Shown here piece after piece: positions 37,301 through 48,800 of a stretch of 64,000 bases of DNA. The stretch is taken from NCBI RefSeq assembly GCF_003704095.1, contig NW_020847110.1, forward strand, positions 1-64,000. Reading direction: 5' to 3'. The position numbers were made by a program, and so were the translations under genes. This stretch comes from Pocillopora damicornis. Lineage: Eukaryota. The number at the start of each line of letters is the position of its first letter. Position 1 is the first letter of the stretch. The notes under the pieces were generated by a model. The model was not told the origin of the DNA and did no database searches. It saw nothing but the letters and a program-made list of their open reading frames with translations.

Positions 37301-39755
37301 AATATCCAAGTATGCATTTCAGATTTCTTCTGCTTTATACAATAAGTCATTTAAAAAAGCAAAAAATGAAAGACCACTAAAGAAGCCTCTCCTTTTTTGC
37401 GAGTGTTTTTCTTCTTTTCAGAATTTTAATATGCTTAGCGTAGGCTTTGACAATTAACGAAACACCGTTAAATCTGTTTTTCTCTTTTGCTCACCACGAG
37501 ACACTCGCACAACGTTTTCGTGACTGGTTCGAGGCTATCCAGGTTGATTTCCACAGGTTATGCGAACCGCTAATATGGAGAAATCTTGAAAACCCGGCAC
37601 TTGAAAACGTCGGAAACTGTCTGTAACGTTTGGAATGGCAGGTGCCCTGCTTAAATTCTCTGTTATCTATATTTAGCAATTATTTTCAATGCTGAGAAAG
37701 TCAGTAATACTCGACCTACCTGCCGCGATTTAAATGAATAAAAGGAATGACTGATTCAAAAGAAATTTTAATATACCCAAAAGCTATTATGTTTTTCAAA
37801 AAGTTCGAAAACAATGAACACAATAATCTGGTGTTTGCCTCTAAAACTTAAGTAGGTTCTCACTGACCCAAACTTGGCAAACTCGAATTTCGCGTTAACT
37901 CGATCGTGTCGGCAAGAATCGTCAACTGGTGCCCGGCGGTGAAGCGATTTCAATTCAGGACGATCGCTGCGACCTGATTAATGTCGATGATTAAATTCGC
38001 TAGCATTTACCTTGCGCACCCATTCGTGCGATTTCCATAGCTCACTGCTGCGAATAGCCGATGAAGTCGGCCAATCAAATTTCATTATGAAATACTATTA
38101 CATAACTCTTCAAAATGAAGCTTGAAAACGATATCGAAGGGAAAAAAGCGCCGCAATCGGTTCAAAACTTGCCAAGTGAGCCCGTACATCAAACAGTGGC
38201 GAAATTCGCTCGCGATTTTCACCTGTAATCACTGTCTTTGCGATCGTCGTATTCCATGAATTGCTTGTTGCATTGCCAGGTTAAAATTATCTCCTAAGAA
38301 GAAAGGTTTTTAGTGAATTCTTATCTTCTAACTCGAATTCCCCTCATCTCGAACCGTTTCCCTTAACAGGGTAATTTAGCATTATTAACCTGTTGATAAC
38401 GTAAATTGGCCACCATTTAGAGTTTCAAGCTTTAGCCCTTGGTTAGAGCGAACGACGAAGGGTTTAACGCTCGAAACGTTCGCTAGGATTCATTAAAATG
38501 TTTGATTAAATATCAACATACAACATACACGCCTGTTGCGTATAACTGTAATCAGCAGCAAACCGTGATTCAAGAGATCATCGTTTGTTTATTTTCCGTT
38601 TCACCAGGTTTTGGTAATTACACTGAAAATTCGGGAAAAAAAGGCAGGCTTGCGGGAGGTTTTGCGCTCAACCTGGCCAATAAATTGTACAAAAATAAGA
38701 TTTTTAGAAGATGTTGTTCACGTTGGGAATCTCTTGTTCATTCCGACATTGCTTGCTTAGCCGCTACTCTGAGGTACAACTGGAACTTTAGCATAGTCCC
38801 ACTTCAGGGTGAAATACAGGAAGTGAACTGAAGTGATTTATAGAGTTGAATGTTCTTTATATAACGGCTGTATGTACTATTAATCTCCTGTTAAAATGCT
38901 CTGTAGAACGAGACAAAACAAATCATGCCGCCAGGCTCGATATTTTGGTTCATTCAGGATTTTGTCTCAAAATTTCAATTACACCACTCAGGAAATCTCT
39001 TAATATGCCCATCTGTATCAAACCCGGCAAGGGCAAGCCAGTACTTGGTCAAGTTCATCAACTTCTCAAGGTCAGCCCGACATAAAATTTAAAAAACAGT
39101 GATAAACTACCAGAATCAGCCAAATATAATAAAATTTCTGGCTTCAAAACAGCGAGATTCCATCCAATGCCGTTTACACAGTGTTAAAATAGCTAAGTTA
39201 ATCACAAATCCCTTTTCACATTAATGGCAACACTGTTAAATACATCTGCACCTTGCTTTTGCCCTTATTAATACGCTAAGCTCTTAACCTCTTATCATGT
39301 CAGTAATAGCACCTTACATCCCACGCTATGGTGTGTGCATGAAGGCAATCACTTCTTCTATGACATTGGCGTGGGACGCTATAAAAACATCCTTGTGTTG
39401 TTACGGTCTATTTATACCTACTCAGCCTTTGTCTACCAGGGACATTGAAAATTGTCATTACTTGACGGAAAAGCTTTAATCAAGTGTTAGCGAATGAGGA
39501 GAAATATCGAAAAGGTTGCATTAAACCATGCAGTACAAAACAAGATTGAGTTTATTTAAGAATCAGAGACGATTACCACGGTTTGCAATCGAAAAATGTG
39601 CCTGCAGGGTTAGATTTTTCGCGATATGCAAGCGTAACTTTGCTTCATTCAGGTTTTATTTAATTGGAGGTTTTCTTTATTTTGACGCAAAATTTTGATT
39701 TGTTTGTCTCTTTGCCCAGATTTCCTGTAACTGATGAGCCCAGCAGTTTGCATCC

Positions 39756-41720
39756 ATGGATAATATTACTACAAAAGATACTCACAGCTTACCAGGAGGA
39801 AAATCTTTCAACTGGCGCGCTATGTACTTCGCGTATGCCGTGGTCATGTTTGCTGTTGTAACTGTTGGATTCCTTGGAAATGTCTTAACTCTGATAATTC
39901 TTCACTACCGCGAGCACCGAAAGAAAGTCTTGACTCCTCTTATGATCAACTTAGCAGTGGGAGACATTCTCATGGTTATCGTAGTGTACCCCGTGGTAAT
40001 TGCGTCGAATCTCGTTGGTAAACAGCTTAAGGAGGGATCGCTGCGATGCAAGTGGTCCGCCTTCGCAAATGGCGCCATTGGTATAACCACTATCGCTACA
40101 TTAACTGTGATGAGCGGCGTTATGTATCACGGTATCAAACAGACTTTGCCAAAACCTAAAATACATGCTAAAAATATGTCTCTGCTAGTGTTAAGTACGT
40201 GGTTATACGGGATATTTCTTAATCTTCCTCCTGTGATTGGTTGGACCAGGGCTGTACCCGGTGAAGCTGGCATAAGCTGCGCCCCTGAGTGGACAAGTTC
40301 AGAGCCGGAGAGCGTAGCGTATATTGCCTTCCTATTGGTGTTTGGCTTTTTCCTTCCGCTTACTGTAATTGGGACGTTCCATTACATGATCTATAGGTAC
40401 GTGTGCATCAATTAATGCATGTTGAGTCGTTAGATTCAAATTACCCTAACCGTATGACGAAATATCAGTTGTGTTTTTCCACACAATATCAGTTAGCTTT
40501 CTTAGCTGGTGAGTGTCATTAACCCTTTCACCCCTAGGAGTGACCAGCATCTAATTCCCCGAATCACACAGTAAGGTCGTGAGAATGACGGAAATGATGA
40601 CCAGCTAACGGAGCTCTTGATTGTTAAACAAATTCTCCTTGTCAGCACATTAAGAAATGCACAGAGAACAGCATGGAGACTATATGTACTGATTTCAGAG
40701 CACAAAGTGGCTAACAGGCATGAAACTTAATGTAATATTATTTAGCAATTATTTGGCCAAATAGAAAAGACAACATTTCAACATGACCCTGCTTCTCCAA
40801 ACTTTTTCAGTCGAAAGCCACTTACCTTTTTATTTCCAGTCTAAATGATCTCCGTAGATCGGAAGGCACCAAAATGTGTCACGGCTTTACCGGTGATTAC
40901 CCCGCGTAAACAATACTACCCAACCACTGAGGATACAAAGGGGACCATGAAGTCATCACACTATAGAGACCATGCGTAATCGCTTAACACTCAAAATAAT
41001 CTCAAATCGTAGCAAATATCCTTGTTTCGTACAAATTACCTCGGTACTTTAACCAACGCATATTGTTTGGAACACATGAATAAACGAGGCTAGAAACTGT
41101 CATGAACGGTACTCAACTTCCATACTCTGCTACATGTCAGTATTAATATCTTTTTTTCAAAACTGGGGAAGTAAACGGGCGGATTCAAATATGTCAAAAG
41201 GGACTGCAGCCCCCATGCAGAGATGTTTAAGACTGACCACACTTCTTCAGCTCCCTCTTTCCGGACTTCCTCTGTCTGCTCCCACATTCCGTTTCCCATT
41301 TCTATTCTTTTCCGCAGGGTGATTCGACGAGTACCTCTGGAAGGAAACCCAATGATCCGCGCATGTCGAATGAAATCTAAAATGAGGCTAGTGCGCATGA
41401 CTTCTTTCTCTATAGCCGCGTTCGTGGTAAGCTGGTTACCGTACTGTGTAGTAAGCATAGCTGCTCTTGTAAATGGTCATCACGTGCTTTCATCCGGGGA
41501 AGCGGAAATTCCTGAACTGATGGCTAAGGCGTCTGTGATTTATAACCCATTCGTGTATGCCTTCACAAATGGTACCTACCGTGCTTCACTGAAGGGATTG
41601 CTTATCGGTGGTAATAGTGTCATTCGGGTTAATCCATCAGTTCTTAGAACCAGTCCGGCGCCGAGTAGTTACGTGAACTCAGTAATTATCAATCCACAAC
41701 AAGAGGACACAGCTCTGTAA
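39756..41720 (+). CDS. Opsin 4, ASO-II-like, ~347 aa; coding exons 39756-40396 and 41318-41720
   Basis: Motifs NLAVGD, PPVIGWTRA, SCAPEW, SWLPY, PELMAKASVIYNPFVY (Lys296 at 41526-41528). Intron AG|gtacgt...ttccgcag|G. Confidence 0.93.
40519..40714. mobile_element. ~200-bp MITE family B (TTAA-CCCTTT ends, piggyBac-like) in the opsin 4 intron
   Basis: TTAACCCTTTCACCCCTAGGAGTGACCAGCATCTAATT... is homologous to 49110-49323 (ACAAATTCTCC, GAGAACAG). Confidence 0.7.
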
Positions 41721-42812
41721 TGGAGTTTATTGTTGCATTCAAAATCGAGTGAAATGCAAAAACATATAGGCCCTTGTAGGATCGTCGTTAACGGGAAAAT
41801 GGTACATATCAGTGGAACAAACCAAAAATAAAGCTACAAGAACGCATGTTAGCAAAAGTGACGTGACAGTCTCGCCGACGAGTACGAAGTACAAATTATT
41901 TTATACACGATGACTTCTTACGCACGGGCCATTAACTGACATAAACATTTATTTCAGATGTTTTACTGGAAAGATACCAACATGATAATTAGGATGTTGA
42001 ATGACCATCTAACCTTCCCTTTGAACCACAAAATCCACACCAATATTGTTAACACGCTACGTGTTCTTTAGGGTCAATGCAGCAGTTACCCCTAATATTT
42101 CCAACACCATGCCTCTCAGTCTTGTAACCCAGAGCTCAACTTTCAAAAGGTGCCGCTCTTCAAACAAGTAACTTTCGCGTTTTCAACGCGAGTCATGAAC
42201 TATCCTTTCTGCTCTTTCCTATTGAGGAGTAGCCACAAACATTTTAATGATGTCCAATTACCTCGTGCTAAAAATTAAATGGAAGGCGGATACACGTCTT
42301 TGAAAAATGACGATAAGATTGTAAGTTTATCTTACGCTCTGGTGCTCTTAAGCTCCTTCCTCTCTTTAATAAAAATCCAGGCATCCCTAGATTTGGCAAA
42401 ACGTCTATTATTATAAAAAATGAGACTGACAAAAACGATCCTTCAATGAGTATTAACTTCGGTTCGTGTGTTATCAACCGCTACCTGGCTGCGTACAGAG
42501 TAGCAACTACAACATATTGTTGTAAACAGCTGTACACTTGCAAACAAACTACAAAAAGCCAAACCGTGATTCATTTATGTCAGGAAACATTATCAAACGA
42601 CAGACAACAAGTCACGTAGACAAATTGCACACACTTTCCGTTTTGTCTCTCTGATGAAGCAAGTGAAACAACACGGGAACATTCCATCCTTCCATCAGCT
42701 TCGTTTCATTTCTTGCGGCAGTCAGTCATTCGTTTAAGAATCGGTGCCATCAATCAGACATTTTCAACTCACACTCCAGTGATGTTTACCAAGTAAGCGG
42801 GACTCAGGTCTG

Positions 42813-45800
42813 TCAACCTTGGAACGACATTATGCTTAGGAGAGACGAAAACACAGAAACATCATAACAGGGAAATAAAGTAATCACCTAAATTTAACAG
42901 CGCAAGTTTCTGAAATAGGTAGAATTTCCGTCCGTTAGGTTTAGAATGTATATCCATCAATAGCCTGTGAGCAGGCCTACATTAATGGCGTTCCGGCAAC
43001 AGCGTATCCCCCCCCCCCCCCCCCCCCCCGGAAACTATAAGGCCTTGCGCAACGCGAACTAGCGAGGGGTCTAGGGGCCAACCTCTCCCTGATTAGTCGC
43101 CCGTCTGCCCGCGGGCGGAGAAACGCGCGTCTTGCAGCGTTTATAATAAAGGCCTGTTCGCAGGCGAACCAACCAACCAATACTCTGCAACGTTAACAAG
43201 TGGAGCGATCTATCTAAGTTTTTAATATTTAAATTAGACTGAACGGAGAAAAATGTTTCTGCTTCAGAATGAAAGTGTTTTGTAAATCTTGTACAAACTT
43301 GTTTAAATAACAACTGCGTTAACTCAACTCTACCGGTAACCCAACAACTGTGCTTACTTCGTTATGGCCTTCTGATCTGTATCCCCACACTTGAGAAGTT
43401 CTCCTCGAAATACAGAATAGCCTACAAATAAATACCAAAAGGCGTTATATAACTCCTTCTTTCCATTTGTTTCTTAAAAGAAATGTAAATGGTTGGTTTA
43501 AGAGGAAAAATGAAAGTCAGAGAGGGATGTTACTCATTTATACCGAGCAAGGAAAAAAGGAATCTATGGGAGATGAGTTCCTCCCCATAAATGCTGAGAA
43601 CTCTTCTAAAAGGGAGAATTACAAACCTTCCGCGCTTCTTGATTGATAGACTTGACTTATTTGACGCAGAAATTCCGAAAACAACCTCATAAGGACAGTT
43701 TCATTCTACAATAGGAAGCAAAAACAAACAATATCAAACACGAGACTTAACGATAAACAATAAGTAGCCATGAAACCTTTTTTAAATCTGTTTTTTGCCC
43801 TTAGCCAGATGAGGAAAGGAATGTTAAACTAACTATACACTAAATGACTGTGACTATACACGAAAGTCACTCTAACTATACACTACACGTAGAAAAATGT
43901 TTTCTTTAACATTATCTACTCAAAACAACTGAGGAAACCTGCGTAAAAAAGTATTCTTGACCATGGTGGGATTCTCTTGTGTTCGTGCAAAAAGAATTTC
44001 AGCTCTTGCTAGTTGAGAATCCTCGACGAGGAAACGCCAGGGACTAGGAGAATAAGGCCTGCAAAGCGAACGACTGATAGTATCAACCCACCCCACCCCA
44101 CCCCCACCCTCTCCCCATCTTCAAACCTGAAAAAGGTCCTTAAACTACACCTGTACCTCGTTTTCATCTTCCCAGCTGTCCCAGTCAGAGAATTCTTCAT
44201 TGTCCGCGCTTACTTCTGGGCTGGGCAATCGTGTTGTACCTCGACTACTCTCATGTGAAGTGTCTAGAGCTACTGACTCTTGCATTACACGACCAGCGTC
44301 TAAACAATCGATCAAAAGAAGACGTCAAAGACACCAAACTCGTTAACCCTTAAACCTGTAGACTAGTATTTGAGTGCAGCACTCGCCAGGAACCTTAACC
44401 GTTGAATGCGAATACAAATACCACGTTCACTTTTTGAACCATGCAATTGTGCACATGCGCTAATCTCGTTTCCCAGTTAAGAGCATGCACCTCTATTGGT
44501 CATTGACTAAAAAGAACTTGCTGCCTCTTGTTTTTTTGAACAGAAAAGTTGCTACAGCTCCTAAAGAGACCGTAACCACTTTGAAAAACTTGTTCAGCAA
44601 TATTGAACCAAATGTATAAAACTAAAGTCCCCATCGATTTTCCCTGCGCATTGATTGACTGATCGGGAGATGATTAGCATAATACTAATTTTATCTCCCG
44701 GCAGCCAAAGAAAAAACAAAATGGCTGCATGAGACTGTTTGATCTGCGAGGTATTCAGCTTATGTGGTACACACTGTACACGCCAAAACAGTTATTCGCC
44801 TAAGTGTCGGTGAAAGAGGTGGATACTCACCTCGCCGCCTTACTGCTCGGTGAATATCATTCGTTTTTCAACTCTGCTCTGAGTTCACCCTTCATTAAAA
44901 ACTCTGCAAAAATTTGGACAGCCCCTTTCGTGTCAGGAGTCAAACAACCCTCTTTTCAGGTCAGTTACATGTAAATTTCATGAGGCACTAACCAGGATCC
45001 TCCTCGTCTTCGCCTGTTATGACGAGCTCCTCAGCGGGACTGGTCGGTATATCGTTAGACAAGATCAGTAAATCAGGTGTCTCGTTCAACCTGCTGCTTC
45101 CTTCCTCCTCACTCATAAGACGCACCAAGTCAGGTTCCTGAGTACGAGGTAAGAAAAAGAGAAGTGAAGTTGGGCAGTTTCATCATGTTACGGCTTGAAG
45201 TTCGATCAACTTGCTATCCATTACTTTCAAAAAAACAAGAACTCCCTACTACATCAAGATATTTGACAAGATACTTGTTTGCTTTGCGGTGTATTGATAT
45301 CGTAAGAAGTTACAACTGAAGTCCGTCAACTGAGACGTAAGGTTAACATGAAAAGTAAACAAACAATAATTGGCCTACAACACAAATCAACTTGACACAG
45401 ACAAAGATGTGTTGTGGAACAAAAGATTTATCAAACAAGAAGAGAAATTTTCCAATGGAGTCGATAGAACCACACCATTGCATGGGTTTAACCTGACTAC
45501 ACCCTAAATCGGATAATGGTCGATAGACACCTGCGAACTTCTAATCCAACAAAGTAAAAACTAAAATCTCTCCATATTTGAACGCTCATATTTACTGGTG
45601 GCACATCGAGATTTTGTTTTTTGGGTTCTTCATTGGCCCCTTGTCACAGTAACATTATCTTTTGAGTTAACATACAAGCCACTAAGTGGAAAACTTACAT
45701 AGTCCAGCCTGTTACTGATGGCTTTAAACACAAAGCTGAGAAATGTGGGTTGATCAAGAAAAATGCACACTCTAATGAACACTTCTAGGACCTCTCGCAC

Positions 45801-48800
45801 CACTTGTAACTCCAGTTCCTAGTGACGTAGTAGTAAGATGGGTAAACCTTAAATTCACTCTCTCATAGATGCTTTTTAATACAACAAATTGAAAAAGGAA
45901 TTAAAAGGCCATTTCCGGCAATTTACATTATTTTTAACTCGCTGATTACGTATAAATGAGGGAATATCGTTTATCTCTTGATTAAATCACTTTCGATGTG
46001 GATCGCAACGTTTCGAATGCAGTTTGCTCCAAGAAAAGCAGAATGCAGTCGACATGTTATGATCCACATCAGAAGTGACAACATTGTGCGACAAACGACA
46101 AAACTTAATTTCTTGTGTAAGAATACTGGTTGGCAGGAGTTACCTTCGTGTTAATCACTTCTCTGAGGCCAAGAAGGGAAAAATCCAGATAGGTCTGCAC
46201 CAGCGAGTGTAAATCGTCTCTGCAATAGAAAGAAATTTAGGACATTCATCATTGGGAAATTTTCAACGCTGGGTTCTTAGACCATGGCATGAACTAGCCT
46301 GGGAGCTAGCTCCAACGGGGAGTGGGTAAGGGGAAGGGCCCTCCTAGCTAATATACCCGCGAGAGCACTTAAGTTGAGGCTAGGACTTATGCACCAATTA
46401 ACTCGAAGATTCAACACCGCCCCCGGGAAACCCACGGGCAATTAACCGTCGTCCGTGCCCGGGGAGTGGAAATTTGAACTTACCTCGGTGGAGTGGAGAA
46501 TTTGAACCAGATCTTTCGAGTCTTTCCAGCGGAATTAACGTGTTTTATCTTTTAGTATGGAGGTGTTTAAAGGTAAAAAGTTCAGTTTCGCGAACAGATG
46601 GCTCAGAAGAAAAGGTTTACAGGTGAGTCACGGTCGCTCATATTGCCTTTTATCAAAATATTGAAAATCAAATCTGGCACTTGGGTGGGGCATTTGAACT
46701 CCATTTAGCCCGGGGAGGGAGGGAGGGAGGGGGTGATTTAAACGAATTAATCTTCAAAAGTTCAAATGCCCGGGGAGGTTGCCCGGAGGGGGAATGCTAA
46801 AGCTTCTAATTGATCAACGTAATAACTATGAGGATATTGACGAAGTGTTCTCACCCGGTGTCTCCCTGCATGTGCATTTCCTCCACCCGGTACAATATAA
46901 TGTACAATCTGAAAAGGCAATCATGTTAAGTGTAACTAAAATGATAAATGAACGATCAATCGGTTGACTCACCATAAAGACGGAGTCTCTATCAATTTTA
47001 GCGGCGACATTTCGACTGCAATACTGCTAGACTTCAAAAGTCGAATACCTGCAGTAAAGCAGTCGAAACGACGCGATCTACAATTAATCATGAGCTTATT
47101 GTGATACACATTCTTTTATAGTTATAACCATGAAAGACAAACACTTGTTAAGTAACCGTTATCTTGAAACGACTGCATTTCCAGTAGATAATTAGTATAT
47201 ACTTTCGTCTAAGACAGCAAATGCCCATCAGTAATCACTTCTTTTTTTGTTTAGTGGCTTCAACAAACTCAGGTCGACTTCAACTAATTGAGCTTTCGGG
47301 TCAAAAGTCAACCAGTAAGGCGATTGCAGAGGAAAATGTATAGTTATGCAAATTTTTTAGCCACACGACAAAAAGTATTGAATATACTAACGAAAATCTC
47401 TTAAAAACTGGCTGCTCACCCATCCAGCAGTGCTCTGCACACAGCAGAATCCTCAAAGAATTGTGCAATATAATGAACTAGCACTGGGAAGATCATGATC
47501 TGTTTGATAATGAAAACACACACATTTTCAAGTTCAAGATTGAACGCAGTTTGACTCTGTTTTTCTCTCTAAAGCGAAGCCTTCCATCAAGACCATTTTA
47601 AAACGGAGTTCGAGCGGTCTGGATATAACCCTCCGCTTCTCCAAAAAAGGACACTAACATTAGCCCTTCTAGTATAGAGGTTCGCCCAAACATATGAAAA
47701 TGCTACATCAAAAACAACACCAGTAACAACGACAAAATAACAGCCCCAAAGCTGTGGAAGAGAAAAAAATAGTTTTCTTACCAACTGGTCAGCATCGCAA
47801 TCTTTCAGGAACCTTGGGAGAACTGAATGTACTTCGGAGATCAGGAATTTGCTGGCCTACACAAAAAAAGTTTTGGTGAAACCTTTTCTCTCTTTAAAAA
47901 AAGAGTAGACAACACTGATTCAATGTTAGGAACACAACAACGAGAAGTGAATACGAGAGCGATTCTCGTTGTAATGAACACTACTTAAGCATTAGTGAAA
48001 ATCAGGCCTGAAAACATTATAACATTATGACCAGCTTCCAGTTGGCTTGTCAGCTCAGTTGGTAGAGCACTGCACCGGTGCCGCGGAGGTCATGGGTTAA
48101 TCCCATACAGGCCTGAATTTTTTTCAGGCCTTATTTTCACTACTGCTCAAGTAGTGTTCATTACTGCGAAGATCGCTTTCATATTCACTTCTTTATACGC
48201 ATTTCGCACATATGATTTTCATATATTCACAGTTACAACACCGAGAGTTCGGAAGAAATTCGACACATAACCCGATTACATCACAACATAATCAATTTAA
48301 AAGAAAGATGACGATATTAAGTGAATGACATATGCGTACTCGGACATAAAAAATTCGATTGCCCCCAATAGGAGTGCAGCCTACGACCATCCGATTTGTA
48401 CTTCGGACACTCCAATCTCGTTCTTATCGGAAATTCGTTAGCTCGACACAAATTGACAGCAATCGGACTTCTTTTTCTTCAAGTATGTCTGTGCCATTCA
48501 CTGAATAAGATCATCCTTCACTAAGATCCCCAATAAAATTACTTTTAAGATGCAACAGTGTACAGTGTACGCAACAGTGTACGAAAACGTAAGATAAGTT
48601 CTGACCTGCAGTGCATGCTGTTGTACGGTAGCCGCTCTCGTTGAAAAACTGAAAGACAAACAAAATGGCTGCCTGACTGTTTGATCTGCTAGTTGTTCGG
48701 CTTGTGTGGTACTCACTGTACACGCCAGAGCAGTTATTCAACTCAGCGTCGGTGAGAGAGATGGATACTCACCTCGCCACCTTACGGCTAGGTAAATGCT

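Noticed and set aside
38445-38485. Minimal hammerhead ribozyme of the Penelope-like type (ACGACGAAGGGTTTAACGCTCGAAACGTT); similar relic at ~47005-47073
   Set aside because: The catalytic CUGANGA core is mutated, so these are at best inactive relics.
48044-48113. Functional tRNA gene
   Set aside because: The T-loop is damaged (GGGTTAATCCC), the acceptor and anticodon stems are imperfect, and it is embedded in a palindromic repeat.
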